A program made the translations under genes and the position numbers. From positions 768,001-832,000 of the forward strand of contig OZ242221.1 of NCBI GenBank assembly GCA_965206845.1: a stretch of 64,000 nt of DNA. Reading direction: 5' to 3'. Under the pieces are notes generated by a model. It was not told where the DNA came from. It saw nothing but the letters and a program-made list of their open reading frames with translations, and did not search any database. Shown piece after piece: positions 29,906 through 39,049 of this stretch (its first letter is position 1; the number at the start of each line of letters is the position of its first letter). The DNA is from Cenarchaeum sp. Lineage in GTDB: Archaea > Thermoproteota > Nitrososphaeria > Nitrososphaerales > Nitrosopumilaceae.

Positions 29906-30832
29906 CTAGAGGGCCGAATCCACCATCAGCGCAATAAACAGCACCGTCAGATACGGGCTGGAGAACTTGAACAGGAGCCAGGATGCCCTCTCAACCGGCT
30001 TGAGCACCACCCACGCAGACAGTACGACCATAAGCGCGCCAGAGGCAACGGCGGTCCACAGATACACCTGCCCCATCATCGGCTCCCCGCCATCCAGGCT
30101 CAGAAAGAACGGGGCCACGCTGAACAGCACCATTACGACTGTGGACGCTGCAATAATTCTTGCCGAGGCCGACTCTGACTTGATCGCCGTAAGCATTGGA
30201 ATGTTTGCCCTGTTGTAGTCCTCCTTGAAGTGCAGGGTCAGGGCCCATATGTGCATGGGTATCCAGATGAACACCAAGCCTGCCATCACAAGCCCCATGG
30301 TCCACAGATCGTTCATGGTTACTGCAACCCAGCCGATCATCGGCGGAGAGCCCCCGCACAGTCCGCCCAAGATGATGTTTGACCAGCTGTTCCGCTTTAG
30401 CGCGTACGAGTACACCAGCACGTTATTTCCAAGTCCAAAGGCAATGAATATGGCAGCCCAGGCTCCCTGCTCCGGCGTTGTCTCAAGGGCGATGGCCGCT
30501 GCCAGTACAAGGGAGATTCCCGCCAGAACGATACCAAAGTTGCGTGCGTTCTCCGGGGTAATCCTGCCAGATGGAATGGGACGCTTCTTTGTGCGCTCCA
30601 TAACAGCGTCGATGTCCCTGTCATGGTAGTTTGTAAGCGTGTTTGCTGCTGCCGAGCCCGCAGCAACCGACCCCAGCATGAGGGCCCATGTTACCCCAGA
30701 TATTGGAATATTGTAGAGGTTTGAAGCGGTAAGGGCTGCTCCAAAGGCAGTAAACACCAGGAGATACCATATCTTGGGTTTTGAGAGTTCGTAGTATACC
30801 GCAAGACGGGACTGGGTTTTTTGTCTCTGCAA
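29906..30832 (-). CDS. ctaB: Protoheme IX farnesyltransferase (heme o synthase)
   Basis: DRDIDAVMERTKKRPIPSG, W.P.H.WAL and DY..ANIPML motifs. Confidence 0.93.
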   Translation of the reverse strand: MQRQKTQSRLAVYYELSKPKIWYLLVFTAFGAALTASNLYNIPISGVTWALMLGSVAAGSAAANTLTNYHDRDIDAVMERTKKRPIPSGRITPENARNFGIVLAGISLVLAAAIALETTPEQGAWAAIFIAFGLGNNVLVYSYALKRNSWSNIILGGLCGGSPPMIGWVAVTMNDLWTMGLVMAGLVFIWIPMHIWALTLHFKEDYNRANIPMLTAIKSESASARIIAASTVVMVLFSVAPFFLSLDGGEPMMGQVYLWTAVASGALMVVLSAWVVLKPVERASWLLFKFSSPYLTVLFIALMVDSAL

Positions 30833-30848
30833 TACAAACCGCCTGTTT

Positions 30849-31301
30849 TTAGGGCATATATGGCATTGCTTTCTGGCGCGTCTTCATCTCGATAAAGCTC
30901 TCAGAAGAGATTACGCCGTCGATCTTGCCTATGTGATCTGCAACAATCTCGTGCATGGAGTTTAGCGCCTTGGAGTAGACCGTAACCAGAATGTCAAACC
31001 TGCCTGTAACCTCGGCAATCTTCCTGACGCCGTCGATCTCAAACAGCCTGTTAATTACGTCGTCCCTCTTCTTTGAGTTCATCTTTATTCCTATGAGGGC
31101 CTTGATCCGGTACCCCAGCTCGTGATCGTTTACATCAATGGTGAACCGCTCGATCAGCTTGCGCCTCTGCAGGCTCTTTATCCTCGAGTACACCACGCTG
31201 GTGTTTACCCGGATCTTCTTTGACAGTTTTGGAACAGAGATCGCAGAGTTGTGTGACAGCTCCGATAGGATCATCATGTCAATCCGGTCCACTTTTGCCA
31301 T
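30849..31301 (-). CDS. Lrp/AsnC transcriptional regulator
   Basis: N-terminal HTH and EVTGRFDI motif. Confidence 0.9.
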   Translation of the reverse strand: MAKVDRIDMMILSELSHNSAISVPKLSKKIRVNTSVVYSRIKSLQRRKLIERFTIDVNDHELGYRIKALIGIKMNSKKRDDVINRLFEIDGVRKIAEVTGRFDILVTVYSKALNSMHEIVADHIGKIDGVISSESFIEMKTRQKAMPYMP

Positions 31302-31381
31302 ATCTTCGGATTATAATAGTATCCAATGTATAAAAATCTATTATATAGGATGCACGAAAATGCAAGAATTTCAAAAACGAT

Positions 31382-32470
31382 TTAGAATTTACCCTTTTTG
31401 TAGAGAGATTCCGCTAAAAGTACTGCGCCCTTGGCGGATCCCATCTTCTTGTTGTGTGAGAAGAGCACGTACTTGAGCCCGTTATCAAAGAGATCCTCCT
31501 TTTCCACCCGTCCTATGGTCGTGGTCATCCCGTCTCCCACCTCGCGGTCGATTCTTGGCTGTGGTCGTGTTGGATCCTCATGAAATGCATAGTAGTTCTC
31601 TGGTGCCGATGGCAGACCCCTGACCGTGATCTCCCGGTTGGCGTCGTCGTAGGCCTGCTTTGCCATCTGTGGATCAATCTCCTTTGCAGTCTCTACAAAG
31701 ACCGATTCGGTGTGCCCGTCTATAACGGGAACCCGGGTGCAAGTGCTGCTGACCCCGATGTCTGCATCCTCGATCTTTCCGTCTTTTAGCCTTCCAAGAA
31801 TCTTTTTGGTCTCCTTTCTGACCTTGTCTTCCTCATTGGGAATGAATGGCAGGATATTGCCGGATATGCTCATGGCCGACACTCCGGGAGTGCGCCCCGC
31901 ACCAGAGATTGCCTGCATGGATGTCATGAAAACCTTCTTGGCACCGTACTTTTCGTATAGCGGCTTGAGCGTGATTACCAGACCAGTGGTGGTGCAGTTC
32001 GGCAGCGGGGCCACCCACCCCTTCCAGTCCCGGTTCTTCTTCTGTACCTCAAGCAGTTCGGCATGCTCGTCGTTGATTCCTGGAATAAGTATTGGGACGT
32101 CCTCCTCGTACCGGTAGGCGGAGCTGGTTGAGATTACCGGAACAAGCGCTGCGATCTTGGTCTCGATGCCCCTGGCCGCTTTTGACTCGACTGCGCTGAA
32201 GACCAGATCCAGCTGTGACAGATCCAGGTCATCTACGGATCCTACGGTCATATCCTTGATGTATGAGGGAATCGGACCGTTCACCTCCCAGGCTATGATT
32301 CCGCTGTTGGAATCCCTGATGGCGTCCATGTATTTTTTTCCTGCAGAGCGCTCCGATGCAGCTATCTGCGTGACCTCGAACCATACATGGTTCTCCAGTG
32401 ATTGGACAAACTCCTGGCCCACGGATCCCGTTACGCCTACGATGGCCACCCTCTTTCTGCTCATTGGCAT
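31382..32470 (-). CDS. asd: Aspartate-semialdehyde dehydrogenase
   Basis: GVTGSVG, PNCTT, QAISGAG and CTRVPVIDGH motifs. Confidence 0.93.
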   Translation of the reverse strand: MPMSRKRVAIVGVTGSVGQEFVQSLENHVWFEVTQIAASERSAGKKYMDAIRDSNSGIIAWEVNGPIPSYIKDMTVGSVDDLDLSQLDLVFSAVESKAARGIETKIAALVPVISTSSAYRYEEDVPILIPGINDEHAELLEVQKKNRDWKGWVAPLPNCTTTGLVITLKPLYEKYGAKKVFMTSMQAISGAGRTPGVSAMSISGNILPFIPNEEDKVRKETKKILGRLKDGKIEDADIGVSSTCTRVPVIDGHTESVFVETAKEIDPQMAKQAYDDANREITVRGLPSAPENYYAFHEDPTRPQPRIDREVGDGMTTTIGRVEKEDLFDNGLKYVLFSHNKKMGSAKGAVLLAESLYKKGKF

Positions 32471-32681
32471 AAGTGCCCTGACTCGATTAATAATCCTTTT
32501 TGGACGGGATCTGAATCAGGGGCGCCGCATGTACGGAACCTGGTTCGGCGCGGATCCTGCACAGAGCCTGGAGCGCAGCAGCGGATACGGGACGTCTACC
32601 GCAACCGGGCCGGTGCAGGAATGCGATCTCGCACGGCCGCAATCTAACAACACTTAAGATGGCTGCGGGCATAAACGCGTT

Positions 32682-33224
32682 ATGAATCCCAAATTTTTTG
32701 TGGTGGCGGTCGCAATAGCCCTTGTTGCGACCCTAGGAGTGATTGCCACCTCCGGGCAGGCCCTTACCGGCGGTCTTGCCGGCACCGGGCTCATCCCCCA
32801 AGACAGCGCCCCGCAGGAGATCCTTCCCATAGAGATCCATCTCAAGGAGATACTGGTTCAGGATGTGGACCGGAGGTCTGCCGACATAAAGATCGAGTTC
32901 ACAGTGGTCAACCCCAACACAAAATCCGTGCTGCTCCCCTTCGTGTCGTACCACCTGTACGAGGGCGATGCTCGGATTCATGCGGGAGAGATCGGCGAGC
33001 GTCTCGAGTCGCTGGTGGTGGGATCCAACTATGTGACCCTGCTCAGCAACCAGTCTGTCGTAATCCGCGACAGCTTTTCGATAAGGAACACCGGAAACAC
33101 GCCAGAGTTCTGGAGCTCCCTTTACACGGACACCGCACAGTGGCGGGTTACCGGCGAGGCTACATACGCCCTGAGCTCGGTAACTGCCGGAGGCCAGAAC
33201 GAGTTATCCTTCGAATTTCCCTGA
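32682..33224 (+). CDS. Secreted LEA-2/WHy-like protein
   Basis: Signal/anchor segment and F.V.NPN motif. Confidence 0.6.
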   Translation: MNPKFFVVAVAIALVATLGVIATSGQALTGGLAGTGLIPQDSAPQEILPIEIHLKEILVQDVDRRSADIKIEFTVVNPNTKSVLLPFVSYHLYEGDARIHAGEIGERLESLVVGSNYVTLLSNQSVVIRDSFSIRNTGNTPEFWSSLYTDTAQWRVTGEATYALSSVTAGGQNELSFEFP

Positions 33225-33326
33225 ACGGTTCCTATGTATCCTAATTTTCACAAATTGTGATTGTTTGTTCACATATAGAAAAATCTGGAAAAGTATTATA
33301 TGATCCGCTCATGACTTCTCTCTTAA

Positions 33327-33437
33327 ATGGCAGAAGCATCAATGGCCGCATTTGGCTCAGCAGTAGGAGTATCAATAGCATTTGCAGTAGTCTGCTTTGC
33401 ACTCCGAGGACGGGGACATCCCGAGTCCTTAGATTAG
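33327..33437 (+). CDS. Small single-TM protein (36 aa)
   Basis: MAEASMAAFGSAVGVSIAFAVVCFALRGRGHPESLD; TTATATGA TATA-like box upstream and T-rich tract downstream. Confidence 0.5.
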   Translation: MAEASMAAFGSAVGVSIAFAVVCFALRGRGHPESLD

Positions 33438-33469
33438 GAAGAGGATATCCCTTTACAATTTTTCTTTAC

Positions 33470-33590
33470 TCGCCCAAGGGGAACGACTGCGCTAGGTCAT
33501 CTCCTTGGTTTGGGTGCGCACTTCGGGGGAGCCAGGTTACCCGGATTGGTACAGCAGACGAGTCTCGTGCAATCGATCCACCGACCTTAA
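33470..33590 (-). ncRNA. Candidate structured ncRNA of unknown family
   Basis: Nested stems found by eye (three-way junction, hairpin, possible pseudoknot); G-U pairs favour the minus strand; no family recognised. Confidence 0.35.
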
Positions 33591-33623
33591 CAGCGTCAAC
33601 AGGATGCGCGGCCTTCAGATGTC

Positions 33624-34274
33624 TTATGGTTTTTCCTTGTCCATGCCCATCAGGCTCATCAGGGAGATCGACTTGCCGACCTTTTCCCTGATGTAGCATT
33701 TGCTGTAGTAAGGGCAGGATGCACAGTCCTCAGACGGCTCCAAGATGGGCGTCTTCTTGTCCTCCAGCAGGTTGTGCAGAACCCTGACCCGCCGCACAGT
33801 CTCCTCGAACATCTTCCTGTTTCTGGTGAGTGAGAACGAGGCCTCCTGCCTGTCGCCGGTGATGTAGATAATGATGCCGTCAAGCTTGCCGTATATCCAC
33901 ATGCATGCGTTGAGGTACAGCAGATCCCCCGCATTGGGGTTCTTCGGGGGCGCCGTAGCCGATCTGAAGAGAATTATCGCATCATCCACCATCATGTCTG
34001 CCTGGCCCCTCAGCTTGATGTCGTCTATCGCAAAGTCCTTTGCCTCAACACCGTAGTGAAGCTTGCGAAGCATCCCTGCCAGCAGTTCGTTGAAACCCCC
34101 GCGCCCGGTATGCTGCGGCTCTACCCTGTCATAGTACGAACGCCGCATGCACTGAACTGCCTCGGCCAGGTGCACCGTCTTGATGTCCCCTGCGTCTATC
34201 TGTATGTCCAGCTCCTTGCCTATCGAGTCCACCGCGTTCTGGATCAGATCCCGGTAGTTTCTATCGCCCATCAT
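33624..34274 (-). CDS. Solo Cas4-like protein (Fe-S, RecB-like), probably degenerate nuclease site
   Basis: QCMRR plus CxxC(5)C Fe-S ligands and LRGQAD; the ExK motif is replaced by LFRS; no cas1/cas2 or array nearby. Confidence 0.75.
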   Translation of the reverse strand: MMGDRNYRDLIQNAVDSIGKELDIQIDAGDIKTVHLAEAVQCMRRSYYDRVEPQHTGRGGFNELLAGMLRKLHYGVEAKDFAIDDIKLRGQADMMVDDAIILFRSATAPPKNPNAGDLLYLNACMWIYGKLDGIIIYITGDRQEASFSLTRNRKMFEETVRRVRVLHNLLEDKKTPILEPSEDCASCPYYSKCYIREKVGKSISLMSLMGMDKEKP

Positions 34275-34499
34275 TGCAGCAACACTACCCAATCACCCTT
34301 AACCAGAAACCCGGAGATTCCGGCAGAGAATGTCAGAGTGGCAAAATGGGCGCCCAATCCCAAGACTGCCCAGATCAGCAGCTGCCCGGTGCCAAGGTAT
34401 ACCACAAGAAGGAGCCATAGGGGCGGAACCGCAAGCATGAGAGCAAGAAATGCGTTTATCCATATCGCGCCGACTGCCGCTCCGGCGTATCTTGATCAC
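34271..34499 (-). pseudogene. Small 2-TM membrane protein with an apparent 1-nt frameshift near the start
   Basis: Hydrophobic frame SRYAGAAVGAIWINAFLALMLAVPPLW...VVLLQ* ends in an ATGA overlap with the cas4-like start; GTG at 34499 is one base out of frame. Confidence 0.45.
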
Positions 34500-34501
34500 A
34501 C

Positions 34502-35542
34502 CTACTCGCTCCCGGTAACGATCTTTGACATGACCGTCTCTGCCGGTATCTTCTGTTCTACGGCATACGCAATGGCCGCAAGATTCTGCACCTCGAAGGC
34601 GGTCAGCTTTGTAATCCCAACCGTAGTGGCAAAGCTGAACATCTTTGTAAATACATTGTTGCAGGCATTGAAGATCGCCCTCTCGAAGGATCTCTCAAAC
34701 TCTGCAATTGCGTCCAGCTCGTCCTCTGACTGGGGAATCAGATCCTTGTACCTGGTGCCTGACAGCTCTGCAAACGCGTCCTTGATGGACGCGGCACCGA
34801 TCATTCTTGACAGCAGCTCTCGGGGGGCGCCAGACGTCTGGGCCACGATCAGATCCTGGATCTGCGGCTCATCAAGATTCCAGAACCTCCCCCTGATAAC
34901 ACTGAGCAGGTTGTAGGAGTCAATGTCCATGCCCACCAGGCGGGCAACGTCACGATCCCTCTCCTTGAGCCTGGCGCGGCCAAGCTGCGCGTAGAGAATC
35001 TTGTCAAAGTACGTGTCAAATACCTGGATGTTCTTCTTGTCGCTGTAGAGTGCGACGGCCTTGGCAACGTCATCGCCAAACCGGGTGGAACCAAGGCTTG
35101 CGGCAGCCTCCTCCAGGTCCTTTGATACCATGGCCTTGACGACGACATCCCGCTGCTTTACCAGCTCCTCTGCGTGCAGGTTCAGGTGTATCTCGGTCTC
35201 CTCCTGGGTCCTCTCCAGCGCCTTGCTCTTGAGAATGATCTTCAAGTTCCAGAGCAGGAACTTGAGATAGTATGCGTCAAGTATGACCGAGTCTCCTGCG
35301 GTCTTTGCTATGGAATAGTGAATGTCAGCCAGGTGGCTTCTCAGGGCAGACTCGATCTTCTCAGACGTGTACGGCTTTTCCACATCCGATACGGCATCGG
35401 CGTATGTGGTGTTCTTTATCCTTGTGACAAGCTCCCCGAGATCCCGCGACTCTGCCAGCGTCTGCAGCCCTGCCCGGGACAGCAACCTCCCCCTCTTGCT
35501 GTATGACTTTACCGACGCATAGACCGTCTGCGAGCTGCCCAT
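34502..35542 (-). CDS. atpC: A/V-type ATP synthase subunit C
   Basis: YASVKSY..RG.LL, WNLKIILK, D.YNL and EVQNL motifs. Confidence 0.85.
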   Translation of the reverse strand: MGSSQTVYASVKSYSKRGRLLSRAGLQTLAESRDLGELVTRIKNTTYADAVSDVEKPYTSEKIESALRSHLADIHYSIAKTAGDSVILDAYYLKFLLWNLKIILKSKALERTQEETEIHLNLHAEELVKQRDVVVKAMVSKDLEEAAASLGSTRFGDDVAKAVALYSDKKNIQVFDTYFDKILYAQLGRARLKERDRDVARLVGMDIDSYNLLSVIRGRFWNLDEPQIQDLIVAQTSGAPRELLSRMIGAASIKDAFAELSGTRYKDLIPQSEDELDAIAEFERSFERAIFNACNNVFTKMFSFATTVGITKLTAFEVQNLAAIAYAVEQKIPAETVMSKIVTGSE

Positions 35543-35716
35543 CGTGATGAATCTCATTGAAGCCGATTTTAAAGTTTGCCAGGCGCGGTCCATGTGAGGC
35601 CGCCTGCCCCAGGCGCAGAACTCTGGCTGGGCGCACATCCATGTGCCCGGACAAACCCGGTGCCTGCTGCCCAGCTCCACCCCCCGGCATGCACTCCGGC
35701 TCCAAGGCAGGCGGCA

Positions 35717-36451
35717 CTATGACATGTGTTCCGGATCTTCCTGCGTAGCCTCTGGCGGGAGCTGTGGCGCCTGCGGAGCCATCTTGTGCAAGAATGCCAG
35801 CACCAGATCCCTCTCGGCCTCCGGCTCGTTCATAAACCCCAGGATAAACTCTTCCTGAATCCCGACATCGGTGCCTGTGGTAGCCTTCAGGCCATCCACG
35901 GACAGCGGAAACAGGCTCTTCAGTGTACCTTCGCAGTAGGCCTTGATGTATCTTTCAAGCAGCGAGTAGGTAAAGCGGGGGGCGAACTCCTCCATTCTTA
36001 AAAAGACCCTCATGAATGACCCATCCACCGCACCGTCATCAGACAGCACCTCCCTGAGCATGTCCCTCCGGCCGCTCAAGCCGGGTAGCGCAAGGGAGAT
36101 CAGCTTCCCCTTCCGGGTGAGCCGGTAGTATGGAATGCCCCTCTCCTGCAGCGCCCGCGGGCCCCGCGTTAGCGGTAGCCTGCCGCTCTCCTCTACCACC
36201 CTCCTAGGGATCAGTATCTCGTCCAGATCTCGAAAGACCCCCGAGTAGATGTTCTTCCACATGGTGCCATTCCTCGCTATCTGCCTGGAGATCGCAGTAC
36301 GCGTCCTGTCTGCAGGGTTGCCCCGGGTGGCCAGAATGCGCAGGATGTCGCGCTGCCGCACGGCCTCGCCGGTCAGTTCTGCGGTCTTTGTCTTGAAGGT
36401 GTTGAATATGGCAAGATGAAGATCGTGTTTTGCCCCCATACAGGGAACCAC
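35717..36451 (-). CDS. Hypothetical protein with winged-helix-like N-terminus, divergent from amt
   Basis: RTAISRQIA helix and YYRLTRKG wing motif. Confidence 0.65.
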   Translation of the reverse strand: MVPCMGAKHDLHLAIFNTFKTKTAELTGEAVRQRDILRILATRGNPADRTRTAISRQIARNGTMWKNIYSGVFRDLDEILIPRRVVEESGRLPLTRGPRALQERGIPYYRLTRKGKLISLALPGLSGRRDMLREVLSDDGAVDGSFMRVFLRMEEFAPRFTYSLLERYIKAYCEGTLKSLFPLSVDGLKATTGTDVGIQEEFILGFMNEPEAERDLVLAFLHKMAPQAPQLPPEATQEDPEHMS

Positions 36452-36475
36452 ATCATGACATAATAAATATATTTT

Positions 36476-36536
36476 GGGATACTATCCCCAAAGAAGTAGA
36501 TTTAAAGATTTAGTTTTTATCCATATTTAAAATCTT
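36476..36536. promoter_or_regulatory. AT-rich divergent promoter region with palindromes
   Basis: GGGATA-C-TATCCC (36476-36488) and AAGATTT-N18-AAATCTT (36505-36536). Confidence 0.4.
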
Positions 36537-36571
36537 AATGCTTAAATAATTTTTAACCCCGCTGGTTATCA

Positions 36572-38134
36572 ATGAATTCTAGAAACCACAAGTATGCTCT
36601 ATTACTTGTGGCAGCGGTAGCCGTAACATCAACGGGCGTAATGTCACAAGCATTTGCCCAATCAGTCGACGACGGAATGGGCGGATACGTACAAGGAACA
36701 AGTGGAATATACACAGCAAATCCCAACGAGTGTTGGTATGACGACGGCGATGGTGGCATGCTGCCTTGCCGTATAGATACCGGAGACACTGCATGGATGC
36801 TGACAGCATCATCACTGGTACTCTTCATGACCCCCGGTGTAGCATTCTTCTACGGTGGACTGTCACGTTCAAAGAACGCAGTCAACGTAATCGGAATGAC
36901 CTTCATCGTAATGGGTCTGATGGCGTTCCAGTGGGTGGCCTTTGGGTACTCACTGGCCTTTGGTCCAATAGACAACGATGCAAACATGTTCATGGGAAGC
37001 CTTCAATATGCCGGACTAAACCAGGTGTCACACTTTGCCCCACTAGGCGAACCAGGTCCATGTACTGATACATGGTCAGCAGCCTATCAGATGCAGGTGT
37101 TTCACGACGATGAGACATGTAGCGTCTCTTGGCCCGGAACAATCCCACACCAGCTATTCATGGCGTTCCAAGGAACCTTCGCAATTATCACCCCAGCACT
37201 AATTGTTGGCGGTCTAATTGACAGGATCAAGTTCAGCGCTCTGATAATCTTCGTCCTCATATGGGGGACACTGGTCTATGACCCCATTGCCCACTGGGTA
37301 TGGGGAGGTGGATACATCGGAGGCGGTGCACTAGATCTGAACCCAGACTTGTCACCCAGCTTTGCACTCGACTTCGCCGGCGGTACTGTCGTACACATAT
37401 CCTCAGGATTCTCTGCATTGGCGGGAGCCTTGATACTTGGCCGAAGACTCGGCTATGGCAAGGTTCCCATGGAGCCACACAACGTTCCAATGGTTGTACT
37501 TGGTGCATCCATTCTATGGTTCGGTTGGTTCGGCTTTAATGCGGGAAGCCAGGTTATGGTCGACGGAGTCACCGTAAGCGCTTGGGTAGTGACTAACCTC
37601 GCTACTGGAGTATCTGCTGTTACATGGCTGCTGATGTCTTGGGCGCATACAGGCAAACCAAGCATTGTAGGTGCTGCAACCGGAGCGGTTGCGGGTCTTG
37701 TTGCAATCACGCCAGCATCTGGCTGGGTTGGACCAATGGCCGCAATCATCATAGGAACTGCAGCCGGCACAATATGCTATGCCAGCGTTGCCTTCAAGAA
37801 TGCACGCAAATGGGACGATGCTCTGGATGTATGGGGAGTACACGGAATGGGCGGCCTTACGGGCGCTATTCTTACAGGTACCCTTGCCAGTCCGCACATA
37901 TGGGATACCGGTGACGGTATTGGTGCGTGGACCGGAACACCAGAGGGCATGGAACAACAAGGAATCAGCATCCTAGGCGCCATCATCTCCGTAGCATACG
38001 CGTTCTCCGTTACCCTAGTGATACTAAAGGTAATGGATCTCGTATGGCCAGGTGGAATCAGAGTCACTCCTAAAGAAGAGGAGATCGGCCTTGATCTTGC
38101 CCAACACGGAGAAAGAGCATACGTAAACGAGTAA
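36572..38134 (+). CDS. amt: Ammonium transporter Amt
   Basis: GDTAW, FQGTFA, DFAGGTVVH, WFGWFGFNAGS and DDALDVWGVHG motifs. Confidence 0.97.
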   Translation: MNSRNHKYALLLVAAVAVTSTGVMSQAFAQSVDDGMGGYVQGTSGIYTANPNECWYDDGDGGMLPCRIDTGDTAWMLTASSLVLFMTPGVAFFYGGLSRSKNAVNVIGMTFIVMGLMAFQWVAFGYSLAFGPIDNDANMFMGSLQYAGLNQVSHFAPLGEPGPCTDTWSAAYQMQVFHDDETCSVSWPGTIPHQLFMAFQGTFAIITPALIVGGLIDRIKFSALIIFVLIWGTLVYDPIAHWVWGGGYIGGGALDLNPDLSPSFALDFAGGTVVHISSGFSALAGALILGRRLGYGKVPMEPHNVPMVVLGASILWFGWFGFNAGSQVMVDGVTVSAWVVTNLATGVSAVTWLLMSWAHTGKPSIVGAATGAVAGLVAITPASGWVGPMAAIIIGTAAGTICYASVAFKNARKWDDALDVWGVHGMGGLTGAILTGTLASPHIWDTGDGIGAWTGTPEGMEQQGISILGAIISVAYAFSVTLVILKVMDLVWPGGIRVTPKEEEIGLDLAQHGERAYVNE

Positions 38135-38139
38135 AAAAC

Positions 38140-38162
38140 TTCTTCTTTTCTCTTTTTATCTT
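38140..38162 (+). terminator. Archaeal oligo-T terminator after amt
   Basis: TTCTTCTTTTCTCTTTTTATC directly after the stop codon. Confidence 0.5.
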
Positions 38163-38275
38163 AGAGCGACTGCCAGAGCGGGCTATGCCCGAGCTGCCGG
38201 CATCCGCGTGGTGCGCCACGGTCTGTGATCCCGGCAAACCCAAATGCATTTAGTTCGCGTGTCAGCAGTCAGCAT

Positions 38276-39049
38276 GTGATAGTGTCCACCGATGATCTGT
38301 CCGGGATCCTGCAGGACGAGGATCTGCTGCTGATAGATGCCAGGTCCTTTGCCGAGTATGCCCAGGATCACATCCCCGGCGCCGTCAGCCTCTCCCTCTT
38401 CACGTTTCACTGGATAGACAGCTCCCGCCAGGGGATCGCGTCGTTTGCCCGCCAGACAGCCAGGCTTCTCTCCATGGCCGGGGTGGACGGGGGCAAAAAG
38501 GTGGTATTCTACGACGACGCCTCAGGAATGCTTGCGGCCCGGGGCGTCTGGCTTCTGACGTACCTGCCACATCCAGACGCGCACATGCTTGACGGCGGGC
38601 TGCAGAAGTGGAGGATGGAGGGCCGGCCCACGGAGAAGAGGGCAAATGCCTTTCTACCCTCCCGGTTTGATGCAGTGCCTAACGGGTCAGTCATTGTAGG
38701 CTTTGAAGACATACGGGACAACCTCCACAACCTGACCATAATTGATGCCCGCAGTGCGGCCGAGTACGACGGAACGTCCATCCGGGCGGCCAGGGGAGGC
38801 CACATACCGGGCGCCATCAACATCAACTGGGAGGAGAACCTCACAGATGCGGGAACCTTCAAGAACGCAGGCTCCCTGTCCGGGATATACCGCATTCCGC
38901 GAGATGCCGAGGTGGTGACATACTGTCAGGGTGCATACCGGGCTGCAAACTCGTTTCTTGCCCTCAAGAGGATGGGATTCAAGCGGGCAAGGGTGTACCT
39001 GGGATCCTGGGCCGAGTGGGGAAACATGCCGGAACTACCGGCGGACTAG
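38276..39049 (+). CDS. Tandem rhodanese sulfurtransferase
   Basis: HIPGA twice, LDGG, YCQGAYRA and YLGSWAEW motifs. Confidence 0.92.
   Translation: MIVSTDDLSGILQDEDLLLIDARSFAEYAQDHIPGAVSLSLFTFHWIDSSRQGIASFARQTARLLSMAGVDGGKKVVFYDDASGMLAARGVWLLTYLPHPDAHMLDGGLQKWRMEGRPTEKRANAFLPSRFDAVPNGSVIVGFEDIRDNLHNLTIIDARSAAEYDGTSIRAARGGHIPGAININWEENLTDAGTFKNAGSLSGIYRIPRDAEVVTYCQGAYRAANSFLALKRMGFKRARVYLGSWAEWGNMPELPAD

Noticed and set aside
33470-33620. SRP RNA, 5S rRNA or RNase P RNA
   Set aside because: Only superficial motifs (TGTAC, CCGAAG). The SRP helix-8 motif, RNase P GAGGAAAGTCC box and 5S consensus were not found.
33250-34300. CRISPR-Cas locus around the cas4-like gene
   Set aside because: No repeat-spacer array and no cas1, cas2 or effector genes in the window.
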